From Polyangiaceae bacterium (GTDB lineage Bacteria > Myxococcota_A > Polyangia > Polyangiales > Polyangiaceae), in NCBI GenBank assembly GCA_044222475.1, contig JBGANF010000046.1, forward strand, positions 1 to 52,054: a DNA stretch of 52,054 bases, read 5' to 3'. This document shows positions 8,766 through 18,223 of this stretch, piece by piece. Position 1 is the first letter of the stretch. Every line of letters starts with the position of its first letter. The position numbers were made by a program, and so were the translations under genes. The notes under the pieces were generated by a model, which worked only from the letters and a program-made list of their open reading frames with translations, was not told the DNA's origin and did no database searches.

Positions 8766-9716
8766 TCACCAAGCGGGCAGGGCCCGGATGGGCACCCCGA
8801 GGTCCTGGAGGATCCGCACGTCGACGCGGCTGATGAAGTAGCGCCGGCCGTAGTCCAAGACGATGCCCTCCATCAGCTTGTCGTCGAACGACGACGGCAC
8901 CGCGCTGTTACCATAGTGGTACACGTTCTCGAACCCGTGGAGTCGCGTGAGCGGGATGGGTCCGAACTCGGCCAGCGTGTTCGGGCCTTCGAAGGTGAGC
9001 GAGCCGGGCGCGACGTTCACCAGGTCGTCGTAGAGCGACAGGAGCACCCCGAAGCCGGGCTGCGGCGCCGGCGCGAAGGTGTCGAGGTTGCGGTAGCCCG
9101 CCATTCCGAAGGCGTGTCCGAGCTCGTGGGTGCACACCGAGATCGCGTCGTCGCGGTCGGGCGGTACCGTCGCCGTGCGTGCCTTCGGATCGGGGTCCAT
9201 CCACAGGACGTTTCGCCAGTAGTCCGCCGTCACGAGGATCCGGACGTCCGGCTCGCCGGGGAAACTCGTGCTGTCCTTGCCGGTGCGCAGACGCCGGATG
9301 GCCTGGTCTTCTCCGAGCTTGCACGGGAGCGGAGTGTGCTTGCAGTTACCGACGACGTTCGTCGACGCGCTCGCCCCGGCGAACCGTCCTGTGGTCGTCT
9401 TCGCGGTGACCGCGATCTCGACCCGCAGCTCGGCCTTTCCGGTCAGATACTGAGCCCACTGATCGAGCCCGGACCGAACGCACGCGGTGAGCGCGGAGTG
9501 CTCGGCGGCGAGCGCATGCGTGGGGTCGTTCATCGTGATCGAGTAGGTGAACGGAGGCGGGGTCCCGCCGTCGGCGGTCACCGGGATGGCCGTCGGCGCG
9601 GCCGCCGACGGGGTGGCCGGAGTGACGGGCGCGCCCGCGTCCGCGGCGCCGGGTTGCGGCTTCGAACGGCAGGCGATCACGACCGCCCACGCGGCGAAGA
9701 GCACGGCGCGCTTCAT
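8766..9716 (-). CDS. Lipoprotein zinc metallopeptidase (paralog 2)
   Basis: Starts MKRAVLFAAWAVVIAC (ATGA overlap with the upstream paralog); CTHELGHAFGM; YHYG; DKLMEG. Confidence 0.75.
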   Translation of the reverse strand: MKRAVLFAAWAVVIACRSKPQPGAADAGAPVTPATPSAAAPTAIPVTADGGTPPPFTYSITMNDPTHALAAEHSALTACVRSGLDQWAQYLTGKAELRVEIAVTAKTTTGRFAGASASTNVVGNCKHTPLPCKLGEDQAIRRLRTGKDSTSFPGEPDVRILVTADYWRNVLWMDPDPKARTATVPPDRDDAISVCTHELGHAFGMAGYRNLDTFAPAPQPGFGVLLSLYDDLVNVAPGSLTFEGPNTLAEFGPIPLTRLHGFENVYHYGNSAVPSSFDDKLMEGIVLDYGRRYFISRVDVRILQDLGVPIRALPAW

Positions 9717-10672
9717 CGCGACGGCAGCGCTCGGATGGGCGCCCCGAGATCCGCCACCATCAGCACGTCGACCCGGCTGATGAAGTAGCGCTGGCCCATG
9801 TAGAAGCGCACGCCGTTCATGAGCTTGTCGTCGTAGGGCGTCGGCGTCGAGGGTGTACCATAGTGGTACAGGTCCTGCGTCGTGTGATCGTGCGACAAGG
9901 GCACCGGACCGAACTCGGCGATGGTCCTCGGTCCGACGAAGGTGGGCGTGCCCTTGAAGTCGATGAGCTCGTCGTAGGGAGAGAGCGTCATCCCGACGCC
10001 CGGCTTCGCTGCGTACGTGCCCACGTCGCGGTAGCCGGCCATCCCGAAGCCGTGCCCGAGCTCGTGGGTGCACACCGAGATCGCGTCGTCGCGGTCGAGC
10101 GGGACCGGGGCGGTGCGCGCCTTCGGATCGGGATCCATCCAGAGCGAGTCGCGCCAGAACTCGGGCGTGACGTGCACCTGCACGTCGGGCTTGCCCGGCG
10201 CGTCGGGGTTGGGGTCGCCGGTCTTCAACCGGTGAATGGCCTGATCCTGAGCGAGACCGCACGGTCCCGGCACGGTGGTGCACGAACCGATGACGAGGCC
10301 GGTCGCGCTCGCAGCGGTCAGGCGGCCCGCGGTCGCGTGCTCGACGATGATCTCGACCTCGAGCACCCCCTTGCCGGTGAGGTACTGCCCCCACTGATCG
10401 AGCCCGGACGTGACGCAGCGCTTGAGCGCCTCGTGCTCGGTGGCGAGCGCGCCGGTTCGATCGGTCACCCGAACGGAGTAAGCGAACGGCGGGCCGGCGT
10501 CGGGCGAAGCGGCGATCGGCGTCGGCGCGGCCGTGACCGTGGTCGCGGTCGTGCTCCCGTCCGGGCCGGGCTTCGTGGTGCTGGAACGGCAGGCGAGGAG
10601 CGCTCCGGCGGTGACGGCGAGGGCGACGGCGAGCGAGAGGAACTCGGGGGTTTTGCGCACGTCGTCCACCAT
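9713..10672 (-). CDS. Lipoprotein zinc metallopeptidase (paralog 3)
   Basis: Lipobox LLAC; CTHELGHGFGM; YHYG; DKLMNG. Confidence 0.75.
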   Translation of the reverse strand: MVDDVRKTPEFLSLAVALAVTAGALLACRSSTTKPGPDGSTTATTVTAAPTPIAASPDAGPPFAYSVRVTDRTGALATEHEALKRCVTSGLDQWGQYLTGKGVLEVEIIVEHATAGRLTAASATGLVIGSCTTVPGPCGLAQDQAIHRLKTGDPNPDAPGKPDVQVHVTPEFWRDSLWMDPDPKARTAPVPLDRDDAISVCTHELGHGFGMAGYRDVGTYAAKPGVGMTLSPYDELIDFKGTPTFVGPRTIAEFGPVPLSHDHTTQDLYHYGTPSTPTPYDDKLMNGVRFYMGQRYFISRVDVLMVADLGAPIRALPSR

Positions 10673-10689
10673 GATAGCTCATGGGCCTC

Positions 10690-11106
10690 ATGCCGCTCGT
10701 GGTCGACGCCCGAACCCAGATTCCGGACGCCGATCTGTCGTGGCACGCCGTCCGCGCGTCGGGCCCCGGCGGCCAGAACGTGAACAAGGTGGCGTCGAAG
10801 GTCGAGCTCCTGTTCGATCTGAAGAACACGACCGCGCTCTCCCCGGACGTGAAGGCACGCCTGTACGCGATCGCGAAGAACGCGATCGACTCGAGCGGCG
10901 TTCTCCACGTCACGAGCCAAGCGACGCGCGATCAGCGCCAGAACCTCGAGGACGCGAGGGACAAACTCGCCGCGCTCGTCCGCCAAGCGCTCTTCGTTCC
11001 GAAGAAGCGGCGGAAGACCAAGCCCACGCGCGGTTCGGTCGAGCGTCGCCTCTCCGGCAAAGCGCACCGCGCGCGCATCAAGTCCGATCGCCGGGGAGGC
11101 GACTGA
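10690..11106 (+). CDS. arfB: Alternative ribosome rescue factor ArfB (peptidyl-tRNA hydrolase)
   Basis: RASGPGGQNVNKVASKVEL GGQ motif and basic C-terminal tail PKKRRKTKPTRGSVERRL; start 10681 or 10690. Confidence 0.93.
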   Translation: MPLVVDARTQIPDADLSWHAVRASGPGGQNVNKVASKVELLFDLKNTTALSPDVKARLYAIAKNAIDSSGVLHVTSQATRDQRQNLEDARDKLAALVRQALFVPKKRRKTKPTRGSVERRLSGKAHRARIKSDRRGGD

Positions 11107-11109
11107 GGA

Positions 11110-13020
11110 GTGGCCGGCCACCAGGGCTCGATCAAGCACCTGCCGGCGCTCGACGGCCTGCGAGGGATCGCCGTCCTCGGCGTCGTTCTGTTCCACGCCG
11201 ACATCGGCCTGAAGGGCGGCTACCTCGGCGTCGACCTGTTCTTCGTCCTCTCGGGGTTCCTCATCACGTCCATCCTCCTCGCCGAGGTCGAGAAGACGAG
11301 CAAGATCGATCTCCCTCGGTTCTGGATTCGACGCGCCCGTCGACTCTTCCCCGCGCTGCTCTCGCTGATGCCCGCGGTCGCGCTGTACGCGTGGTTCGTC
11401 GCCAAACCGGACGAGCTCGCGGGGATCCGGAGCGGCGCGCTCGCGACCCTCGCATACGTCGCCAACTGGCAGCAGATCTTCAGCGACAAGAGCTACTGGG
11501 ATCTCTTCGCCGCGCCCTCGCCGCTCGAGCACACGTGGAGCCTCGCGATCGAGGAGCAGTTCTACGTGGTGTGGCCGTTCCTGGCGTGGGTGGGCCTCGT
11601 CACGCTGCGCCTCCGGCGCCGTGGCTTCTTCTTCGTGGTGGCCGGCCTCTTCGTCGCGTCGGTCGTCACGTCGCTGGTGTTCCTCCTCCACCGGCACGCG
11701 ACCGATCGCATCTACTTCGGCACCGACACGCGCTCGGCCGCGATCCTCATGGGCGCCGGGCTCGCGTGCATCATGGGACCCGAGGGCATCGTGCCGGAGA
11801 AGTCCGTGCGCGCCCTCGACGTCGGCGGGGCGTTCTCCATCGCCGTCCTCGCGTGGGCGTGGCTGAAGCTCGATGGGCAGGATCCCAACCTGTACCGCGG
11901 CGGGTTCTGGATCACCGAGCTCCTGTCGTTGATCCTCATCGCGTGCGGCGTCGCCGGGAAGCAGAGCATCATCGGCCGCGCGCTCGGGTTTCGCCCGCTC
12001 GCCTACGTCGGCACGATCAGCTACGGCGTCTACCTCTGGCACTGGCCGATCGACTGCGTGATCACGCCCGAGCGGATCCACCTCGGGAAGTGGGCGCTCT
12101 CGGCGATTCGCATCGCGCTCACGTTCGCCATCGCGGTGCCGTCCCACCGCTTCTTCGAGGCTCCGATTCGCGCGCGCGGGCTCGGCGTGCGGTACCCCGC
12201 CTTGGTGGCGATCGCGGCGTTCGCCGCGTCGGCGCTGCTCGTCGTTCGGGCGACCCGCGCGCGGCCCATGCCGCCGCGGCCGCCGCTCGCGCCGCTCGGC
12301 CCGGGCGAGTTCCCCGGTCCCTTCTCGGTCGAGACCAACGTGCTCCCGCCGCCGAGCGTGCTCCGTCCGGGCACCTTGCGCATCTTGGTGCTGGGCGACT
12401 CGGTGTCGCAGAAGCTCGGCCTCGCGCTTCGTTATCGCCAAGAAGAGGCGAACGCGTTCGTCGCCGAGCGAGGCGTCGGCAACTGCAGCATCATGGAGAG
12501 CCTCACCGTCACCCGGTTCGATCCGAACCAGCACCCGGATCGCGCGCACGGCTGCGCAGCGAGCTGGGTCGAGGACGTCGCCGAGGTGAAGCCCGACGTC
12601 ACGTTCATCGTCCTCGGGGGCGGATACTTCGCGACGATGTTCGTCGCCGGCAAGGAAGAGACCAGCTGCGACGCCGGGTGGGCCGACGCGTACCGCGGCC
12701 GGCTCATCCAGCTCATCGACGAGATGGGCCCGAACGCGGGGCGCGTCATGTTGATGATGGTGCCGTACCCGATGGGGCGCTGGCGCTACGAGGGGATCCC
12801 CGCGCGGGTGGACTGCTTCAACAAGATCCTCGACGACGTCGCGGGCGCGCGGTTCCTCCCGCAGATCGACGTGCGAAAGCACGTCTGCCCGACGCCCGAA
12901 TGCAACCTCCTCAGCGACGGCGAGCCGATTCGCCCCGATGGGCTCCACCCCGACGGGGTCGGCGCGGAGGAGCTCGCGCGGTGGACGCTCCAAGAGATCC
13001 GCGCCGCGGCCGCGCGCTGA
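11110..13020 (+). CDS. Acyltransferase-3 / SGNH O-acetyltransferase (OatA/OafA-like)
   Basis: LDGLRGIAV, GVDLFFVLSGFLIT, HTWSLAIEEQFY; C-terminal LVLGDS and DGLH. Confidence 0.92.
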   Translation: MAGHQGSIKHLPALDGLRGIAVLGVVLFHADIGLKGGYLGVDLFFVLSGFLITSILLAEVEKTSKIDLPRFWIRRARRLFPALLSLMPAVALYAWFVAKPDELAGIRSGALATLAYVANWQQIFSDKSYWDLFAAPSPLEHTWSLAIEEQFYVVWPFLAWVGLVTLRLRRRGFFFVVAGLFVASVVTSLVFLLHRHATDRIYFGTDTRSAAILMGAGLACIMGPEGIVPEKSVRALDVGGAFSIAVLAWAWLKLDGQDPNLYRGGFWITELLSLILIACGVAGKQSIIGRALGFRPLAYVGTISYGVYLWHWPIDCVITPERIHLGKWALSAIRIALTFAIAVPSHRFFEAPIRARGLGVRYPALVAIAAFAASALLVVRATRARPMPPRPPLAPLGPGEFPGPFSVETNVLPPPSVLRPGTLRILVLGDSVSQKLGLALRYRQEEANAFVAERGVGNCSIMESLTVTRFDPNQHPDRAHGCAASWVEDVAEVKPDVTFIVLGGGYFATMFVAGKEETSCDAGWADAYRGRLIQLIDEMGPNAGRVMLMMVPYPMGRWRYEGIPARVDCFNKILDDVAGARFLPQIDVRKHVCPTPECNLLSDGEPIRPDGLHPDGVGAEELARWTLQEIRAAAAR

Positions 13021-13061
13021 GCCTTGCCGAGTGCCCGCCGTCCCGTATTCTGATTGGAACG

Positions 13062-13733
13062 ATGAGCGAATCGCTCGCGCTCCTCCGGCATCGCGAAGAC
13101 GCCGTCCACGCTCGCCTCGAGCGGGTGCGGACGGACGCGTACGCGCTCCAGCAGAACCGCGAGCACGTGGCGGCGCGGCTCGAGGTGTACGAGCGCGCCC
13201 TCGCCGAGAACGCGCCGTTCCGCGCCGCCGACGCGACGACCGACGACGGAGCGCCGCCCGTCACTCTCGACGATCTGCGGCGCCGCGAGGACGACCTCAT
13301 GCGCGACGCCGAAGAGCTGCGTCGGAAGATCGAGCGCCGCGGCGTCCGCCGCGAGCTGCCGCTCGTCGCCGAGGTGCACATCGCGACGCCGTGCGACGCG
13401 CGATGGTCGGAGATGGTCGGTGACCACCGCGTTCGTCACTGCCTCCACTGCGACAAGGACGTCTTCAACATCTCGCAGCTCGACGCGACCGAAGCGGAAG
13501 CGTTGCTTCGCGAGAAGGCCGGCGGCGCCTGCCTGCGCCTCTACCGTCGGAGCGACGGCACGGTGCTCACGCAGGACTGCCCGAGCGGGCAGCGGCGCAG
13601 GCTTCTCGGTCGCGTGACCGGTGGCCTCGTCGTGTTCGGGATCGTGCTCGCGGCCGGCGCGTACGCCTTCATCGCGTCGTCGACGAAGGTGCAGGCAGCG
13701 GCGAAGATGGGCGCTCAGGCCGAGTTTCGCTGA
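13062..13733 (+). CDS. Hypothetical protein: coiled coil, Cys-rich domain and C-terminal TM helix
   Basis: IATPCDARWSEMVGDHRVRHCLHCDKDVFNISQL...ACLRLYRRSDGTVLTQDCP, then a hydrophobic helix. Confidence 0.65.
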   Translation: MSESLALLRHREDAVHARLERVRTDAYALQQNREHVAARLEVYERALAENAPFRAADATTDDGAPPVTLDDLRRREDDLMRDAEELRRKIERRGVRRELPLVAEVHIATPCDARWSEMVGDHRVRHCLHCDKDVFNISQLDATEAEALLREKAGGACLRLYRRSDGTVLTQDCPSGQRRRLLGRVTGGLVVFGIVLAAGAYAFIASSTKVQAAAKMGAQAEFR

Positions 13734-15207
13734 GCTCCGTGTGTGTCGCGAGCGGCGCCGTGTCGTAGCTCGCGAGGTCGAAGTGGCGCGTGCGCCGTCG
13801 GAACTCGAACGTGAAGCCGGGCCAGAGCGTCGTGTTCTTGCCGTCCTTCGTCTTGTACCAACTCTGGCAGCCGCCGGTCATCCAGACGGTCTTCTTCAGC
13901 TTCTCCTGGAGCTCGTCGTTGTAGCTCCGCATGACGTCGGGCTTCACGTCGACCCAGCGGAGCTTTCGGTCCCGCATGGTCTGGATCGCGTCGATGACGT
14001 AGCTCATCTGCGACTCCATCATGTAGATCATCGACGAGTGGCCGAGCCCGGTGTTCGGCCCGAGCATGAGGAAGAAGTTCGGTAGCCCGGCGATCGTGGC
14101 GCCGAGGTAGGCCTGGATGCCGTCCTTCCAGGCGGCTGCGATGTCGAGCCCGTCGCGGCCGCGCACCGCGAACGGCGCTGCGGCTTCGGCCGCTTCGAAG
14201 CCGGTCGCGAGGACGATCGCGTCGACCTCGTGCTCGGTGCCGGTGTGATCGACGATGCCGCGCTCGGTGATCTCGCGGATGCCGTCGGTCACGACGGTGG
14301 TCTGCGGGCGTTGGAGGGCCGGGTACCAATCGTGCGAGTAGAGGATGCGCTTGCAGCCGAGGGTGAACTTGGGCGTGAGCTTGGCGCGCAGCACCGGATC
14401 AGGGACGGACTTCTCGAGGAAGCGCAGCGCCCCGCGCTCGCGGAAGCGGTTCACTCGGGGATCGACGATGAACCCGACGGCGAGCGACTCCATCACGCCG
14501 TAGATCGCGCCGCGGAGCGCCTTCTGCACGAACGGGCGCCGCGCGAACAGCGCTTGGGCCTTGTCGGAGATCGAGACCTCCGGCCGCGGCAGGACCCACG
14601 GCGCGGTGCGCTGGTAGACGACGAGCTTCGAGACCTTGTCGACGATGTTCGGCACGATCTGGATCGCGCTCGCGCCGGTCCCGATCACGGCGACGCGCTT
14701 CTTCTCGATGGAGTACGAGTGATCCCAACGCGCCGAGTGGAAGATCTTTCCCTTGAAGCGCGCGGCGCCAGGGATGTCGGGGAGGATCGGCTTCGTGAGA
14801 GCGTGGCCCGACGCGGAGACGACCACGCGCGCCTTCACGTGGTTGCCCTTGCTCGTCTCGACGTCCCAGGTCCCGCTGCGCTCGTCGAACGCGGCCGCGG
14901 TGATGCCTTCGCCCATGCGGAGATGCGGGCGGATCCCGTACTTGTCGGCGCAGTGCTCGAGGTACGCGAGGATCTCCTTCTGCGGCGCGAAGAGACGCGT
15001 CCACCGAGGGTTGGGCTCGAACGAGTAGCTATAGAGGTGCGCCGGCACGTCGCAGGCGACGCCTGGGTACGTGTTGTCGCGCCAGACGCCGCCGAGCTGG
15101 TCGGACTTCTCGTAGATCACGAAGTCGTCGATGCCGGCTTGCTTCAATCGAATGCCGAGACCGAGCCCGGCGAAACCGCTCCCTACGATGACGATCGTCT
15201 GCCCCAT
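13669..15207 (-). CDS. Baeyer-Villiger / flavin-containing monooxygenase
   Basis: GSGFAG, GGVWRDNTYPGVACDVP, BVMO fingerprint FKGKIFHSARW, GTGASA, ATGF. Confidence 0.93.
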   Translation of the reverse strand: MGQTIVIVGSGFAGLGLGIRLKQAGIDDFVIYEKSDQLGGVWRDNTYPGVACDVPAHLYSYSFEPNPRWTRLFAPQKEILAYLEHCADKYGIRPHLRMGEGITAAAFDERSGTWDVETSKGNHVKARVVVSASGHALTKPILPDIPGAARFKGKIFHSARWDHSYSIEKKRVAVIGTGASAIQIVPNIVDKVSKLVVYQRTAPWVLPRPEVSISDKAQALFARRPFVQKALRGAIYGVMESLAVGFIVDPRVNRFRERGALRFLEKSVPDPVLRAKLTPKFTLGCKRILYSHDWYPALQRPQTTVVTDGIREITERGIVDHTGTEHEVDAIVLATGFEAAEAAAPFAVRGRDGLDIAAAWKDGIQAYLGATIAGLPNFFLMLGPNTGLGHSSMIYMMESQMSYVIDAIQTMRDRKLRWVDVKPDVMRSYNDELQEKLKKTVWMTGGCQSWYKTKDGKNTTLWPGFTFEFRRRTRHFDLASYDTAPLATHTELSETRPERPSSPLPAPSSTTR

Positions 15208-15215
15208 GGGCGGGC

Positions 15216-15247
15216 AGTATGGTGGCTATTGACCAATAGTCAATAGC
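15216..15247 (-). promoter_or_regulatory. Promoter with overlapping palindromic operator for the monooxygenase
   Basis: Minus strand TTGACT-N16-CATACT; perfect 9-bp IR GCTATTGAC-N5-GTCAATAGC (15225-15247). Confidence 0.65.
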
Positions 15248-17723
15248 GGGCCTTTCGGATGTCGAGGAGAAGGACCGGGACGACGGCCCAGGCCAGGGCG
15301 CGGCCCAACTCCGCGGGTCCCAGCGCGACGAACCCGAACAGCGCCCCGACCGGCTGGACGGTCACGAAGAGCAGCGTGAGCGCGGTCGCGGCGAGGCCCA
15401 GGACGGCGAGCGCGCGGTTCTTCGCGCGGATGGTGTACCAAAATGGGATGGTGTCGCTCCGCGACGTGAGGAGCGCGGCGAGGTTCCCGAAGACGAGGGC
15501 GGCGAACGCCGCTCCACGCAGCGCCCCCTCGGAGAGGTCCCCGCGGAGCTCGCGGACGAGCTCGAGCGCGCCGCCGAAGACGGCGAAGCCGGGGAGGGCG
15601 CTCGAAGCGAGGCGCTTCAGGTCGAAGAGCTTCGTGCCGTGCGGTCGGGGCGGTCGCTGCATGACGTCGGGGGACTCGTCTTCGAGCTCGAAGACGATCG
15701 AGCACGCGGGATCGATGATGAGCTCGAGGAACATGACCTGCGCGGGTGCGAGGAGTGGCTCCCACCGGAGGAGCGCCGGCACGAGAGCGAGCCCGGCGAT
15801 CGGGACGTGGACCGCGACGATGTACGCGAAGGCGTTCTTGAGGTTGTCGTAGACGCGGCGACCGCCGCGCACGGCGGCGACGATGGACGAGAAGTCGTCG
15901 TGGGTGAGAACGAGCGCCGCTGCTTCGCGGGCGACGTCGGTTCCGCGTTCGCCCATGGCGATGCCGATGTCGGCGGCTTTCAGCGCTGGCGCGTCGTTGA
16001 CGCCGTCGCCGGTCATGCCGACGACGGCGCCGGTCGAGCGGAAGGCGCGCACGATGCGGAGCTTCTGCTCGGGCATGGATCGCGCGATGATCGCGGTCTT
16101 CTCGAGACGTTTCGTGAGCGCCTCGTCGTCGAGGGCGTCGAGCTCGGGTCCGGTGAGGAGCTCGCCTTCGATGCCGGCTGCGCGGGCGATGGCGCGCGCG
16201 GTGGCGGGATGGTCGCCGGTGATCATGACGACGCGAACGCCGGCGGTGCCGCACGTCGCGACGGCGGCGGGGACGTCCGGGCGCACCGGGTCGGCGAGGC
16301 CGACGAGCCCGAGGAGCTCGAAGTCGAGGTCGTGCGCCTCGGGCGGCGCGCCAGGTTCGGCCGCGGTCCCGCGGGCGATCGCGAGCACGCGGAGGCCTTG
16401 CTCGGCGAGCTCGTCGACGCGGGCCTGCCACGGCGCCTTGGCGTCGTCGCTCAGGTGGCACAGGTCGAAGACCGCTTCGGGAGCGCCTTTCGTCGCGACG
16501 ACGAGGCGCTGGGGCGCTTCGTCGCTCTGCCAGACGTTCGTGACGGCGAGCAGCGCGGACGTGAGCGGGTACTCACGCGTCTTCTCCCATCGAGGGTGGA
16601 GGTGTTCGGTCGAGGCGAGGGTGCGCTCGCCGAGCGCGATGAAGGCCTTCTCCATCGGATCGAACGGGTCGCGCGGACAGGCGAGGATGCCGAACTCGAC
16701 CAGCGGGTGGACGTCCTCGGGGAGGTCGGCTTGGCCGGTGACGATGTGATCGACGGTGGCGGTGCGCAGGCGAGCGATCGCCATGCGGTTCTCGGTGAGG
16801 GTGCCCGTCTTGTCCGTGCAGAGCACGTGGACCGCGCCCAGCGTCTCGACGGCGGAGACGCGCCGCGTGAGCACGTGATGGATGGCGAGACGGCGGGCGC
16901 CGAGGGCCTGAAACACGGTGAGCACGAGGGGGAACTCCTCGGGGAGGAGCGCCATCGCGAGGGTGATCCCGGAGAGGACGGCGGGGAGCCACGCGTGCTC
17001 GGTGAGCCCGCGGACGACGACGAGCACGACGGCGGCTGCTCCGCCGACGACGGCGACGCGGCGAACGACGTCGTCGACGTCCTTCTGGAGCGGGGACCGT
17101 TCGCGCTCGGTTCGGCGCACGGCCTCGCCGATGCGGCCGATCTCGGTGCGCGCGCCGGTGGCGGTGACGATGGCCGACCCACGGCCCTTGGTGACGACGG
17201 TGCCGGAGTACAGCGTCGGCTGGTCTTCCGGTGTCTTCGTGACCGGAACCGATTCGCCGGTGAGGAGCGACTCGTCGACGGAGAGGCTGGTGCCCAGGAC
17301 GAGCCGAGCGTCGGCGGGCACTCGGTCGCCTTCGGCGACGCGGATGAGGTCGCCGCGGACGACTTCGCGACCGGCGACGGTGCGAACCTGGCCGTCACGG
17401 AGGACCTGCGCGCGGGGGCTCGTGAGATCGCGGAGGGCGTCGAGCGTTCGCTCCGTGCGACCTTCCTGCACGACGGTGATGGACACGACGACGACGACGA
17501 ACGCGAGGAGCGTGAGAGCCTCGCGGAGGTCCCCGAAGACGAGGTAGATCGACGCGGCGCCGAACAAGAGGAGCATCATCGGCTCGCGGATGGCGTCCAC
17601 GACGACGCGGAGGATGGTCCGGTGCTCGGCGCTCGGGAGGGCGTTCGGGCCGTCTTCGGCGAGGCGCTTTGCGGCCTCGGCTTCGGAGAGGCCCTCGAGC
17701 TCGGTCGTCACGCATGCGACCAT
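15240..17723 (-). CDS. Cation-transporting P-type ATPase
   Basis: LTGES, PEEFP, DKTGTLT, KGAPE, MITGD, TGDGVNDAPALK. Confidence 0.95.
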   Translation of the reverse strand: MVACVTTELEGLSEAEAAKRLAEDGPNALPSAEHRTILRVVVDAIREPMMLLLFGAASIYLVFGDLREALTLLAFVVVVVSITVVQEGRTERTLDALRDLTSPRAQVLRDGQVRTVAGREVVRGDLIRVAEGDRVPADARLVLGTSLSVDESLLTGESVPVTKTPEDQPTLYSGTVVTKGRGSAIVTATGARTEIGRIGEAVRRTERERSPLQKDVDDVVRRVAVVGGAAAVVLVVVRGLTEHAWLPAVLSGITLAMALLPEEFPLVLTVFQALGARRLAIHHVLTRRVSAVETLGAVHVLCTDKTGTLTENRMAIARLRTATVDHIVTGQADLPEDVHPLVEFGILACPRDPFDPMEKAFIALGERTLASTEHLHPRWEKTREYPLTSALLAVTNVWQSDEAPQRLVVATKGAPEAVFDLCHLSDDAKAPWQARVDELAEQGLRVLAIARGTAAEPGAPPEAHDLDFELLGLVGLADPVRPDVPAAVATCGTAGVRVVMITGDHPATARAIARAAGIEGELLTGPELDALDDEALTKRLEKTAIIARSMPEQKLRIVRAFRSTGAVVGMTGDGVNDAPALKAADIGIAMGERGTDVAREAAALVLTHDDFSSIVAAVRGGRRVYDNLKNAFAYIVAVHVPIAGLALVPALLRWEPLLAPAQVMFLELIIDPACSIVFELEDESPDVMQRPPRPHGTKLFDLKRLASSALPGFAVFGGALELVRELRGDLSEGALRGAAFAALVFGNLAALLTSRSDTIPFWYTIRAKNRALAVLGLAATALTLLFVTVQPVGALFGFVALGPAELGRALAWAVVPVLLLDIRKARY

Positions 17724-17800
17724 GCCAGTGGGTGCCGCGTGTCGTCACGTGCAAATGATGCATCCACGACATCGGGTGGTCTGCGGTAGTCTCGAACGCC

Positions 17801-18223
17801 ATGAAGAAAGCGGAGCTCGTGAGCTTTCTGCGGCGCCATCGGTGGGCCGTGGAGGCGACGGTGGCCGGTGATGGTGGCCCGCAGGCGGCGGTGATCGGTG
17901 TCGCGGTCACCGACGACCTCGAGATCGTCTTCGACACGTCGACGCGCTCGCGAAAGGCGGAGAACCTTCGGCGGACGAAGCGGGTGGCGCTCGTGGTCGG
18001 TTGGGATGACGCGCAGACGGTCCAGATCGAGGGCGACGTCGACGAGCCGAAGGGCGCCGATCGCGCGAGGCTCCTCCAGGCGTACGTGGCGAAATTCCCG
18101 GACGGCGCGGACCGAGCGAAGGACCCCGACATCACCCACTTCCGCATCCGGCCGACCTGGGCGCGGTACTCGGACTTTCGGGAGCTCGAGGCGAAGATCG
18201 AAGAGACGCGCTACGAGCCGTGA
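17801..18223 (+). CDS. Pyridoxamine 5'-phosphate oxidase-like (split-barrel) protein
   Basis: ATVAGDGGPQAAV...FDTSTRSRKAENLRRTKRVALV...TVQIEG. Confidence 0.8.
   Translation: MKKAELVSFLRRHRWAVEATVAGDGGPQAAVIGVAVTDDLEIVFDTSTRSRKAENLRRTKRVALVVGWDDAQTVQIEGDVDEPKGADRARLLQAYVAKFPDGADRAKDPDITHFRIRPTWARYSDFRELEAKIEETRYEP

Noticed and set aside
8766..10913. 715-aa ORF suggesting a long peptidase
   Set aside because: Only 8766-9716 is real; the upstream part is an off-frame read of paralog 3 and antisense arfB
1293..11106. HflX and ArfB as one ribosome-rescue cluster
   Set aside because: About 7 kb apart, on opposite sides of the tRNA boundary, with unrelated genes between
10533..13733. 1066-aa ORF
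   Set aside because: Off-frame shadow of arfB and the acyltransferase; the real gene starts at about 13062
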